A DNA stretch of 24,844 nt. Source: a virus. Lineage: Duplodnaviria > Caudoviricetes. Positions 15,053-23,831 of this stretch are shown here, piece after piece; the first letter of the stretch is position 1; each line of letters opens with the position of its first letter. The stretch spans positions 1-24,844 of the IMG/VR virus record IMGVR_UViG_3300046369_000448; one strand, written 5' to 3'. The notes below the pieces were generated by a model. The model made no database searches and had not been told where the DNA came from. It saw nothing but the letters and a program-made list of their open reading frames with translations. The position numbers and the translations under genes were made by a program.

Positions 15053-15153
15053 TGTTTTCTCCAATATGTAATGCTGTCTTATATGGCGGACGCCCGTTGT
15101 CTTTTCAACGTGTCAGGTCGAAGGTGTGAATCACTTCTCTTTTCTGGCCGTTT
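15053..15153 (-). ncRNA. Structured 5' leader sharing a hairpin motif with 14617-14786
   Basis: Follows TAAATA (15154-15159); UGACA-CGUUG-AAAAGA-CAACG-GGCGUC. Confidence 0.5.
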
Positions 15154-15167
15154 TATTTATCTATAGG

Positions 15168-15208
15168 TTGACAAATGATAATTAAAATTGTAACATATAA
15201 TAGTTACA
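15168..15208 (+). promoter_or_regulatory. Sigma70-type promoter of the transporter gene with TGTAAC-N8-GTTACA dyad
   Basis: TTGACA (15168-15173), 17 nt, TAACAT; dyad arms 15189-15194 and 15203-15208. Confidence 0.55.
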
Positions 15209-15251
15209 TTTGTGAGCGACGGGGTAAAGCCGTCAAGCAAAGGAGAAAGAA

Positions 15252-16223
15252 ATGGACGCACTCACCTTATGGAGCCTACTTGGCTTCTTATTAGCTGCCT
15301 ATGCAGTTATAGCAAACGATTCAGTACAGACTCTCGGTACATGGATGGCATCAAACAATGAGAGATTCAACTATAAAGTATTATGGGCAGCAGCAAGTGC
15401 AGTATTACTTGCAACACTATGGTATGGTTGGAGTGTAAATGGTGGAGACATCAGTTACGGCAGATTAAACAAAATCCCATGGCAAGAGGTACAATGGTAT
15501 CACGCAGCCGCACCTGCTATTCTTGTAGCACTTACAAGGATGGGCGTACCAGTTAGCACAAGTTTCTTAGTGCTGTCAGTATTTGCTAGTACCTTTGTAC
15601 TAGAGAAGATGCTTATGAAATCAATCATGGGCTATGGTGTTGCAGCCGCATTTGCATATGCAGTATGGTTTGCAATACACAAGTACTTCGGTAGATGGTA
15701 TGATGAAACTGAAAAGGTTGCTGAAAAGAACAAGAAGTTTTGGCGTGTAGCACAATGGGTAGCAACAGGCGGCTTGTGGTGGACTTGGTTGTCACATGAC
15801 ATGGCAAACATTGCAGTGTTCCTTCCACGTGAAGTTCCGCTGGACCTAATGTTCCTAGTCAGCGCAGTGTTCGTAGGCGGCTTGTTCTTTATGTTTAGAG
15901 AACGAGGCGGCAAGATACAACAGATTGTACTAGAAAAACACAACACAAGATATGTGCGTAGTGCAACGTTGATTGACTTGTTCTACTGGCTATGCTTATA
16001 CTTCTTTAAAGAGCTCAACGATATTCCAATGTCAACAACATGGGTGTTCGTAGGCTTGTTAGCAGGACGTGAGTTGGCTATGGCAACCTACTTTGGCAAG
16101 AAGAAAACCAAATCAGTGTTTCCACTAGTGGCAAAAGACTTTGGTAAGATGATGGTAGGACTAGGCGCAAGTGTCGCACTTGTTCTAATGATCCATTATA
16201 TTATTGTACCAAACGGACTATAA
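15252..16223 (+). CDS. PiT/PHO4-like multi-pass transporter (putative phosphate or anion permease)
   Basis: Duplicated PiT-type signatures ANDSVQTLGT/HDMANIA and GVPVSTS/IPMSTT; about ten TM segments. Confidence 0.7.
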   Translation: MDALTLWSLLGFLLAAYAVIANDSVQTLGTWMASNNERFNYKVLWAAASAVLLATLWYGWSVNGGDISYGRLNKIPWQEVQWYHAAAPAILVALTRMGVPVSTSFLVLSVFASTFVLEKMLMKSIMGYGVAAAFAYAVWFAIHKYFGRWYDETEKVAEKNKKFWRVAQWVATGGLWWTWLSHDMANIAVFLPREVPLDLMFLVSAVFVGGLFFMFRERGGKIQQIVLEKHNTRYVRSATLIDLFYWLCLYFFKELNDIPMSTTWVFVGLLAGRELAMATYFGKKKTKSVFPLVAKDFGKMMVGLGASVALVLMIHYIIVPNGL

Positions 16224-16229
16224 TATTTG

Positions 16230-16264
16230 GAAAGGCTGTGTTTTATAATGCAGCCTTTTCTCTT
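16230..16264 (+). terminator. Intrinsic terminator
   Basis: AAGGCTGTGT...ATGCAGCCTT followed by TTCTCTT. Confidence 0.65.
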
Positions 16265-16290
16265 GACTAAATTATCAACGATGCTATAAT
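16263..16290 (+). promoter_or_regulatory. Sigma70-type promoter, probably giving a leaderless mRNA
   Basis: TTGACT, 16 nt, TATAAT with extended TG; 6 nt to ATG 16297; no SD. Confidence 0.7.
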
Positions 16291-16296
16291 TACAGT

Positions 16297-17049
16297 ATGA
16301 AGATAGGAATAGCAGGTTACGGATTTGTAGGTAAAGCACACGAAGGTGCTTTGAAAGATTATCATGACTTAATTATATATGATCCTGCACTTGGACACTA
16401 CGGTGATCTAAGACATGCAGATGCAATTATTGTTTGTGTTAGTACGCCTCAAGGTTCACACGGCGGATGTCATATGGATAATGTGTATGATGTTGTCAAC
16501 AACAATTCTAATGTACCAATATTAATAAAAAGTACAATTAGTATCGAAGGATGGGACATGTTGAAACATGTATTTCCTTTTACAAGTATAACATTTTCTC
16601 CGGAGTTCTTAAGAGCAGCATCAGCACTAGAAGACTTTCAAAACACCGACACAATATTATTAGGCGGTGGTAACACAGGCTTTTGGGCTGATATCTTTAT
16701 TACAGCAATGGGTAAAATTAATGTTAACATAGCAAATCCAAAAGAACTTATTGTAACAAAGTATGCTCGCAATAGTTTCTTGGCACTCAAGGTTGCATAC
16801 TTCAATCAAATAAATGACCTGTGTAAGGATGCAGGTGTTGACTATGAGCAAGTAAGAATGTATACTACACTAGACAATAGGATAGGTGAAAGCCATACTA
16901 CAATAACAGATGAACGTGGGTTTGGCGGACATTGCTTTCCTAAAGACACAGGTGCATTTATTGTGTCAGGAAAAAAGTACGGCGAACATCTATCAATATT
17001 AGAAGAAGCAATAAAATATAACCATCGGGTCAGAAAGGATGACACTTGA
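16297..17049 (+). CDS. UDP-glucose/GDP-mannose dehydrogenase family protein, short form without the C-terminal domain
   Basis: G.GFVG Rossmann motif, CVSTP, IKST, PEFLR, K...[18 protein letters not shown]. Confidence 0.9.
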   Translation: MKIGIAGYGFVGKAHEGALKDYHDLIIYDPALGHYGDLRHADAIIVCVSTPQGSHGGCHMDNVYDVVNNNSNVPILIKSTISIEGWDMLKHVFPFTSITFSPEFLRAASALEDFQNTDTILLGGGNTGFWADIFITAMGKINVNIANPKELIVTKYARNSFLALKVAYFNQINDLCKDAGVDYEQVRMYTTLDNRIGESHTTITDERGFGGHCFPKDTGAFIVSGKKYGEHLSILEEAIKYNHRVRKDDT

Positions 17050-17984
17050 AAATGAAGATTATCACAGGAAACGCTAATCCTAAATTAGCAAACGAGATTG
17101 CTGAACATTGTTTTAGCGACCTTGTTCCAGCCAAAGTCACTACCTTTGCAGATGGTGAAACAAGCGTAGAGTTCCAAGAAAATATACGAGGAGAAGATGT
17201 TTTTATTATCCAAAGCACAGCAACTCCTGTTAATGATAGTCTTATGGAATTAATGATTATGATTGATGCTGCCAAGCGCAGCAGTGCAAAACGTATAACC
17301 GCAGTAATACCTTATTTTGGATATGCACGACAAGATCGTAAAAGTGCAAGTCGTACTCCTATCACAGCAAAACTTGTTGCAAATTTAATTACAACATCAG
17401 GTGCTGATAGAATACTTACTATGGATTTACATGCCGGACAGATACAAGGTTTCTTTGACATCCCTGTGGATGATTTAACAAGCCGTGTAGTCTTTGCTAA
17501 AGACATCAAACGTAATGTAGGTACAGATGATGGCACTGTGTTTGTATCACCTGATGCAGGCGGTGCTGTTAGAGCCCGTAAGTTTGCAGACATGTTTGGT
17601 GGTGACATTGCTATTGTAGACAAACGTAGGCCTGAAGCAGGCAAGAGTGAAGTAATGGCCCTAATTGGTGATGTTAAAGGAAAACATGCTATCCTAGTAG
17701 ATGACATTGTTGACTCAGGTGGAACACTCTGTAGTGCAGCCAAAGCAATTATGGACGCAGGTGCATTGTCAGTTCGTGCATACATTACACACGGTGTATT
17801 GTCAGGAGAAGCATGTCAAAAAGTTGAGAAGAGTGTACTAGAAGAACTAGTAATCACTGACAGCATTGCAGATCGTTGTCCTAGGAACTGCAAAAAGACA
17901 CGACAGGTTAGTGTCGCGCCTTTGTTTGGTGAAGCAATTCGTCGTGTAACTAACGAAGAAAGTGTTAGCTCTTTATTTGTGTAA
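17046..17984 (+). CDS. prs: Ribose-phosphate pyrophosphokinase (PRPP synthetase)
   Basis: [47 protein letters not shown]; start TTG 17046 or ATG 17052. Confidence 0.95.
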   Translation: MKMKIITGNANPKLANEIAEHCFSDLVPAKVTTFADGETSVEFQENIRGEDVFIIQSTATPVNDSLMELMIMIDAAKRSSAKRITAVIPYFGYARQDRKSASRTPITAKLVANLITTSGADRILTMDLHAGQIQGFFDIPVDDLTSRVVFAKDIKRNVGTDDGTVFVSPDAGGAVRARKFADMFGGDIAIVDKRRPEAGKSEVMALIGDVKGKHAILVDDIVDSGGTLCSAAKAIMDAGALSVRAYITHGVLSGEACQKVEKSVLEELVITDSIADRCPRNCKKTRQVSVAPLFGEAIRRVTNEESVSSLFV

Positions 17985-18726
17985 TGTGTTTGATGTATTC
18001 AGTCATTGAATGATCACCAAAGCTATCTATCTTACCTTTCTTTAGACCCATCCATATACCACGCCATCTATCTTTGATCATTTGCCATCCAGTAGGTTTT
18101 CTATACTTACCATAGGCATTAAGATAATGCTGGGTACCATGATGAACGTAGCCCATAAGAGCAAGAGGAACAGTAGTGACAATATCATTATTGTTCTTCC
18201 AACGATGATGTACAACATTAAGACTATTGCAATACTTTTTCCAACCTACACGTGGTGAACCAAATGTATACAGCTCAACTGGATCGTTTAATTCTATATC
18301 GTGCATACAACGGCTTGCCATAATAGTTGCCATAGCCGCACCCAAGCTATGTCCGCAGAACCATAATGTTTTACCTAAGTTTGCTTTACGGGCAATGTCT
18401 TCAGATATCATTGGCCATAGTTCGTCAACTTCTGCTTTGAATCCTCTGTGTACTCTACTAACAGTTTCTGCCATTACTGGCATTGCCTTTAGGTCTGCAC
18501 TTATATCATTGAACTCAGTTGGCTGTGTTCCGCGACATGCAATTACTAAATCGTGTTTGTTCATAAAACGATATGCTTGAGCACCGTCTCTTTCATAAAA
18601 TTCTGTTGTTGTAAATCCTAATTTTTTTGCTTGCTTTGTAGCATCTTTGATGTTACTATATGCTATACTAGCCAAATTTGCAAATAATAAGGATCGTTCT
18701 TTGAAATTCATTTTTTCTATTGACAT
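17965..18726 (-). CDS. Class-3 lipase (alpha/beta hydrolase)
   Basis: [31 protein letters not shown]; ATG 18726 behind GGGAGG. Confidence 0.9.
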   Translation of the reverse strand: MSIEKMNFKERSLLFANLASIAYSNIKDATKQAKKLGFTTTEFYERDGAQAYRFMNKHDLVIACRGTQPTEFNDISADLKAMPVMAETVSRVHRGFKAEVDELWPMISEDIARKANLGKTLWFCGHSLGAAMATIMASRCMHDIELNDPVELYTFGSPRVGWKKYCNSLNVVHHRWKNNNDIVTTVPLALMGYVHHGTQHYLNAYGKYRKPTGWQMIKDRWRGIWMGLKKGKIDSFGDHSMTEYIKHITQIKS

Positions 18727-18749
18727 AAGTGCCCTCCCCTTTACTAAAC

Positions 18750-18775
18750 TATTTATAAACACGCAACGCTAAATA
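18750..18775. promoter_or_regulatory. Divergent T4-like late promoters
   Basis: TATAAATA on minus (18750-18757) and CTAAATA on plus (18769-18775). Confidence 0.7.
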
Positions 18776-18795
18776 CAATATGGAGTTGTAATACA

Positions 18796-19044
18796 ATGAA
18801 AAAACAAACACGAAGTATTTTGCAAGAGTTAAGCAACTTAGGTTCTAATGATAATGATTTTTTAATTGAGTCTAGTGCAAACAATATAATAGAAAGTGCT
18901 ATTAATCTTATGAATAGGATTAATAGAAACTATGATCCTGTGACAGCTAGTGAACTTGAACGTAGATTTATTAACTCCATCAAGTCAGGCGATCCACGTA
19001 AATTTAAACGCGGTATCAGTAAAGTTATTGAGAGCAAAAAATGA
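18796..19044 (+). CDS. Phage hypothetical protein (KQTRSILQEL...ELERRFINSIKSGDPRKF)
   Basis: GGAG RBS, late promoter. Confidence 0.8.
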   Translation: MKKQTRSILQELSNLGSNDNDFLIESSANNIIESAINLMNRINRNYDPVTASELERRFINSIKSGDPRKFKRGISKVIESKK

Positions 19045-19859
19045 TTTTAAAAGAAGGCGGCAACGTATTTAAAACTGAACCTGACAAGAAACTTATTGCA
19101 TCAAGAATCGCAACAGTTGATGTAAAGCCTACTATTGATTGGCTTAATTCTACATTTGGATTTAAGTTTACTCCAAAGGAATTTTTAGGAACTACTGGTA
19201 CAAAAACACATCCAGACGGAACATTCGAAAAGAACTCATCTGGTGACCTAGATCTTAATACTGATACTAGAGAGTTACCTAAGGAAGAAATAATTGCAAA
19301 ACTTAGTGCGTGGTGTCAAAAGCAAGGCATCCCTGATTTAGAGATTATGAACAAGGGCAGAACATTTGAAGCAGGTTGGGTAAAAGATGCTGGGTTGCAG
19401 GTACACTTCCGCACACCTATAAAGGGTGATCCTAAAAACGGTTTTGTTCAAACAGATTTTATGCTTACAGACAATCCAGATTTACAACGTGGAGCCAAGC
19501 GTGGTGGCAGTGAAAACTTTACTGGTGCTGATAGAGCTGTACTACTTTCTAGTCTTGCTAGAGGTAGAGGATATAAGTTTAGTCCAACCAAAGGTATAGT
19601 TGATCCTAACAATGGCGATGCAGTAGTTGCCAACAACTGGGACGAGATTGCTGAGATACTATTAGGCAAAGGTGCTAAAGAACCAGACACCCATAGTGTT
19701 GAAAGTATGCTTGCAAAACTAAAAGGCGATCCTAACTACGATACACTAGTTGGTCCATTTAGAGATAATATGGAAAAGGTAGGCAAAACATTACCTGAAG
19801 CAGTAGTTGAAACACTTGCTGACAAACATTTAAGTAGGCTAAAGGAATTATTACCGTGA
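19041..19859 (+). CDS. Putative Pol-beta-superfamily nucleotidyltransferase
   Basis: LGTTG.K...SSGDLDL and distal FVQTDFM (three-Asp arrangement); N-terminus MILKE-GGNVF. Confidence 0.6.
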   Translation: MILKEGGNVFKTEPDKKLIASRIATVDVKPTIDWLNSTFGFKFTPKEFLGTTGTKTHPDGTFEKNSSGDLDLNTDTRELPKEEIIAKLSAWCQKQGIPDLEIMNKGRTFEAGWVKDAGLQVHFRTPIKGDPKNGFVQTDFMLTDNPDLQRGAKRGGSENFTGADRAVLLSSLARGRGYKFSPTKGIVDPNNGDAVVANNWDEIAEILLGKGAKEPDTHSVESMLAKLKGDPNYDTLVGPFRDNMEKVGKTLPEAVVETLADKHLSRLKELLP

Positions 19860-21007
19860 GGTTTAGAGAGTTTAGATTATTTGAATCAAAAGAAATATTA
19901 ACTGAAGGTGCTCGCATCGACCATGCAGAAGACATTGTTTTCTGGGAAGGTAGTAGAGGAGCTCTTCGTGCATTGGCTGCATTAGAAAGCCTTGAGCAAG
20001 GAGGACACAAAGATGTCACACTCAAATGGGACGGCTCCCCCGCAATCATATTTGGTCGCGATGAAACCGGAGAGTTTATACTTACAGACAAATCTGGATT
20101 CACAGCAAAAGGGTACGATGGCAAGCCAAAAAGCGGGAAGGACCTTGCGAACATGCTCGGCGCCCGAAAGACCCGTAAAGGGCAGGAGATTGACAGTAAA
20201 CAAGCGGCCTTCATGAGTAATATGGAAAGCATATTTGATTATTATGAAAAGGCAACGCCTGCTACATTTAGAGGTTTCTTCAAAGGAGACCTGTTATACT
20301 ATCAAAGACCGCAACTAAAAAATGATAAGTTCATGTTTACTCCTAACATAGTTTCATACTTTGTAGATTCTAAAAGCGAACTTGGAATGAAAATAGGATT
20401 AAGCACAACTGGTGTTGTAGTGCATCGCTACATAGACTTAAACGGAAACGAATCACAAGTAACACAAGAGCAACTAGATGTTATGCAAGGAAGAGATGTC
20501 CTTGTTGTGCCGCCTGTGTATACACAAAAGCCTGTCGCAGTTGATAATAAAAACATTGCACAACTAGAAACAATGGTTAAACAACACGCAGGCAAAATAG
20601 ATGAATTATTAAATAAAGATGAACTTCGCCAAAAGCAGTTGACAAACCTATCGGATATACTGTATACTTATGTTAATAAGAAAGTAGACAGTTCACTAGC
20701 TAATCTAGGTGCAGACTTTTCGCAATGGATTACAACAACGAAGCTAAGTAAAAAGAAGCAGGACAATGTCCTTTCACACATCGCAGAACATCCTATTGCG
20801 TTTGACAGTTTATGGAAAGTAGTAAGTGGTATCATTAAAATTAAAGATGCTATTATTAATCAACTTGACTCGCATGAGGCAGAAGTAACACAAAAGATAG
20901 GTACACAGAGCGGTGGCGAAGGCTACGTAATGAAACATAAGAATGGGGATATCAAACTAGTACCCCGTGAAGTATTCAGTAAAGCAAACAGAGCAAAACA
21001 ACGCTAA
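19856..21007 (+). CDS. DUF6267-like protein with RNA/DNA ligase-type motifs
   Basis: TLKWDGSP (KxDG, motif I), FKGDLLY (motif III-like), GEGYV (motif IV), IKLV (motif V). Confidence 0.65.
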   Translation: MRFREFRLFESKEILTEGARIDHAEDIVFWEGSRGALRALAALESLEQGGHKDVTLKWDGSPAIIFGRDETGEFILTDKSGFTAKGYDGKPKSGKDLANMLGARKTRKGQEIDSKQAAFMSNMESIFDYYEKATPATFRGFFKGDLLYYQRPQLKNDKFMFTPNIVSYFVDSKSELGMKIGLSTTGVVVHRYIDLNGNESQVTQEQLDVMQGRDVLVVPPVYTQKPVAVDNKNIAQLETMVKQHAGKIDELLNKDELRQKQLTNLSDILYTYVNKKVDSSLANLGADFSQWITTTKLSKKKQDNVLSHIAEHPIAFDSLWKVVSGIIKIKDAIINQLDSHEAEVTQKIGTQSGGEGYVMKHKNGDIKLVPREVFSKANRAKQR

Positions 21008-21017
21008 GGAGAAGCAA

Positions 21018-21410
21018 ATGAGAGCTAAAGAATTTATCAAAGAAGCAGACATTCCACAGAACTTTGATCTTACGCCAGAGCAGCGTAAGGCAGCACAAAT
21101 GGGTTGGACTTTAAAAGACAGGGCAGCAAAAGTAAACGACGACAGATTGTCTGTTGCTATGGCACGAGTAGGTGACGAACTTACAGACTGGAAGAAAGGT
21201 GCCTATGGTGCTAAGACTCTTGAAGAACTGGCAAAGAAGTCAATGGTTCCACTAGAGTTGGTGAAAAAACTTATTAAGTTTGCATCAGAGCAAAAAAGTA
21301 CAATGCCTGACAAATCAACTGTACAGCCAGATAAAGATGACGACAGTGAATTTGCTGCACCAAGCGACCGCGATGTTGATCGTGATGCAAAAGATTTTGC
21401 AAGAGGATAA
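21018..21410 (+). CDS. Hypothetical late protein, putative head-internal
   Basis: AAGGAG RBS, ATG 21018, N-terminus MRAKEFIKE. Confidence 0.75.
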   Translation: MRAKEFIKEADIPQNFDLTPEQRKAAQMGWTLKDRAAKVNDDRLSVAMARVGDELTDWKKGAYGAKTLEELAKKSMVPLELVKKLIKFASEQKSTMPDKSTVQPDKDDDSEFAAPSDRDVDRDAKDFARG

Positions 21411-21415
21411 TATCT

Positions 21416-22363
21416 TTGGAACGTTATACTGCATCACAGTGGGCAGAGATAGAAGGCGGACATGAAGTAACTCCTGAGAAGGAAGAAGGCTTTTCTTTCT
21501 TAAAGGAACTGCAAGAAGGTCGTATGACTAGAGATGCAAACGATGCCCGTAAACTTACCTATACAGATTGTAAACGTAATTTGTATCTGACTATGATGTG
21601 TTTGGAACTTCTAAGGCAATTTCCTACATATGCTGAAAATGCAATGCAATATGCAAGACGTAGTTCAGGGTATAGACAATACAGTAAGTTTCGTCCTGCT
21701 TCTACTGATATGTATAACTTTATGTATTTTGTAAATGGCGATGAAGCAGCAATTAGTGCGTTAAAAGATCCACAGGCAGCAGCCCGTGAACGTGCTAGTA
21801 CAAATGTTCCTACTCGTCAAATACATTATTACATTAAAACATTAGGTGCTGGTCAACCTCCTAGCAATGTTATGCAAACATTCACTGCTATGGAAAGAGC
21901 ATTTAATATAACTGATTCTAGTTACAAAGCAACACGTAGACGCATTGTAAACTTTGCAGAATTAAATGGTATGGATAAAAAAGTAGCAGTTACAACGCTT
22001 CTCTTAGCTGCTCGTACTCATTTAAGAGCAAGTGATATTATAGATGATCTTAGCAAAGCGGTTGCAAAGTATAACTTAGAAACAACAACAGTACGTGATA
22101 ATAATCCTACTGTTAGTGATCCTGATATCGGCTTTGACGATAGAGACTTATTGCTGTATAGATATATTGTAGGTAATAAGAATCTAGCGCAAACAAGATT
22201 GTTCTTAAAGAAAGCACAGAACGGTGAAAGTGTTCCTAGTACAGCAGTAAAAGCATATCAGCCTGCTGTAAAAATGCTTAACGATATAGTTCAAGCAGGG
22301 CCTGGATTTGTACAACAATTAAGATTATTGCACAGCAGATCTAAGAAATATACAAAGAAGTAA
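21416..22363 (+). CDS. Hypothetical late protein
   Basis: 315-aa ORF, TTG start with AGAGGA RBS. Confidence 0.8.
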   Translation: MERYTASQWAEIEGGHEVTPEKEEGFSFLKELQEGRMTRDANDARKLTYTDCKRNLYLTMMCLELLRQFPTYAENAMQYARRSSGYRQYSKFRPASTDMYNFMYFVNGDEAAISALKDPQAAARERASTNVPTRQIHYYIKTLGAGQPPSNVMQTFTAMERAFNITDSSYKATRRRIVNFAELNGMDKKVAVTTLLLAARTHLRASDIIDDLSKAVAKYNLETTTVRDNNPTVSDPDIGFDDRDLLLYRYIVGNKNLAQTRLFLKKAQNGESVPSTAVKAYQPAVKMLNDIVQAGPGFVQQLRLLHSRSKKYTKK

Positions 22364-22475
22364 TTTTTTCCATCGTTTTATGCTAATATCAAGCGTTTTT
22401 CTATTATAGAACTAAATACAAAGTAAGAAACTCCACAGAGTGTGGAGAGACCATTTAAGATATAGGAGAAATAAA

Positions 22476-22787
22476 ATGGCTGGAATCGGATTCGGAACTA
22501 ACTACGATGTTAAACTAGGCAACGGACTAGGTGCAAACACACAAATCGTAAAATTTGCAAAAACTGACATCACACAAGCAGAGCTAGATACTGCTGCTCA
22601 AGAGCTAATGCTAACACACACAATCGCAGGTGTAGGTACAGCAGACGGCTCAGCATTTGCAACAGGAACAACTGACGTAGTATATTTTGCTGTGCAAGGA
22701 CCAGTATTAGCTGCTGACGCATCAAACGCACTAGGCGTAACAGGTGCTGCTACAACTATCGAAGCAACATTTAACGCTGCAAAGTAA
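22476..22787 (+). CDS. Small A/G/T-rich protein, probable abundant virion (decoration-like) protein
   Basis: Own TAAATA (22413-22418), AGGAG RBS, own terminator; ATG 22476. Confidence 0.7.
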   Translation: MAGIGFGTNYDVKLGNGLGANTQIVKFAKTDITQAELDTAAQELMLTHTIAGVGTADGSAFATGTTDVVYFAVQGPVLAADASNALGVTGAATTIEATFNAAK

Positions 22788-22809
22788 TTAGTTTACTAAT
22801 TAATAGAAG

Positions 22810-22840
22810 AAGGAGCCACTTTTACAGTGGCTCTTTTTTT
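22810..22840 (+). terminator. Intrinsic terminator
   Basis: GAGCCACT-TTTAC-AGTGGCTC-TTTTTTT. Confidence 0.9.
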
Positions 22841-22857
22841 ATGGCCGTAAATACTGC

Positions 22858-23244
22858 ATGGATAGTTTTACCATTTACACCCTTGTGGACGTTACAGAAA
22901 CCAATGCTCGCAGGGGCGAAAGCACACTTGCTCATAATCAACAGGCTAACTTTATGAGTGTTTACCAAACTATAGGACTTAGATCTAATCCTACAAATTT
23001 TAAAGTAGAAAAGATTAAAGATAATAAAAAGTTTGGTTCAACTTTTAAAAACGTAAATCATTATTGGAAAATGACTTTTGATATTGAACAATCAGATAGC
23101 CTTACACTTGAAATGTTATTAGATGACTTTGAACTTGTTCCTTTTATAAGTGGACTAGAAGAGTGTGTGACATTTAAAGAATGTATCTTTTTTACAAAAC
23201 ATAAAGGAAAAACTAACATTATATTCGAGAAGAATGATAAATAG
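22858..23244 (+). CDS. Phage hypothetical protein (YTLVDVTET...QQANF...Q.IGLRSNP)
   Basis: TAAATA 4 nt before the ATG. Confidence 0.75.
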   Translation: MDSFTIYTLVDVTETNARRGESTLAHNQQANFMSVYQTIGLRSNPTNFKVEKIKDNKKFGSTFKNVNHYWKMTFDIEQSDSLTLEMLLDDFELVPFISGLEECVTFKECIFFTKHKGKTNIIFEKNDK

Positions 23245-23305
23245 TTATACAAGGCAAAACCATAGGCATTTAGGGCAACTACGAGTTTACTAAACGGAGA
23301 ATTAA

Positions 23306-23536
23306 ATGGCAACTGCCTTAGAACGAGAAAATCTCGAAGCACATGTAGATCTATGCGAACAACGCTATATAGCGTTGGAAGGTCGTATCGTTAAAGTTGA
23401 AGAAAAACTAGACGGCATTGCTGAACAAATGGCATCAGGCCAACAAAGCCTCGTTAAAGTTATTATTGGTGCAGCTGGCACAATAGTAGCAGGATTATTA
23501 TCCACTATCATCGTTATACTGATGAACCTTTCCTAA
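23306..23536 (+). CDS. Coiled-coil protein with C-terminal TM (XhlA/holin-like layout)
   Basis: LEAHVDLCEQRY, heptad region, hydrophobic C-terminus; TAAATA 23238-23243, GGAG RBS. Confidence 0.7.
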   Translation: MATALERENLEAHVDLCEQRYIALEGRIVKVEEKLDGIAEQMASGQQSLVKVIIGAAGTIVAGLLSTIIVILMNLS

Positions 23537-23540
23537 AAAA

Positions 23541-23548
23541 TATAAATA
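23541..23548 (+). promoter_or_regulatory. T4 gp55-type late promoter
   Basis: Exact TATAAATA, 4 nt before ATG 23553. Confidence 0.8.
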
Positions 23549-23552
23549 CTGT

Positions 23553-23831
23553 ATGTTGTTAAGAGAACTAATAACTGAAAGACAAGTCTGGGCACGTTCT
23601 GGAAAGAAAGTGGTACGCAAGTATCGCTGTAGTTCGGGCAGTCGAAAGGGAAGAACTGTTGCTAGTGCAGCACAATGTTTCAAAGCACCAGACCCAAAAA
23701 AGAGAGCAATATTTAAAAGAACAAAAGCAAGACTAGGATCTAGAATTGCTAGAAAAGCCAAGAGAACAAAGCGTATCAATGTAGCAAGTAAGAGAGTACA
23801 GGCATTGAATAAAGCAGGGCGTAAGAGATGA
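23553..23831 (+). CDS. Highly basic two-Cys protein (paralog A)
   Basis: MLLRELITE followed by QVWARSGKKVVRKYRCSSGSRKGRTVASAAQC. Confidence 0.8.
   Translation: MLLRELITERQVWARSGKKVVRKYRCSSGSRKGRTVASAAQCFKAPDPKKRAIFKRTKARLGSRIARKAKRTKRINVASKRVQALNKAGRKR

Noticed and set aside
15177-15194. Pho box upstream of the PiT-like gene
   Set aside because: Only one acceptable half-site (TTGTAAC); the position 11 nt upstream is a poor match.
16263-16278. FNR/FnrL box (TTGAC...ATCAA)
   Set aside because: Spacing is 2 nt too long for TTGAT-N4-ATCAA and the left arm is the -35. I saw no FNR box before hemA or pseudoazurin either.
17046-17984. prs as the ADPR-PP synthetase of a phage NAD-reconstitution (NARP1) pathway
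   Set aside because: It looks like canonical cellular Prs, and no nicotinamide-transferase partner is adjacent.
8255-18726. Metabolic block as host chromosome contamination or a prophage boundary
   Set aside because: The genes are interleaved with phage hypotheticals and TAAATA late promoters and are packed in phage style; no att site or integrase was seen.
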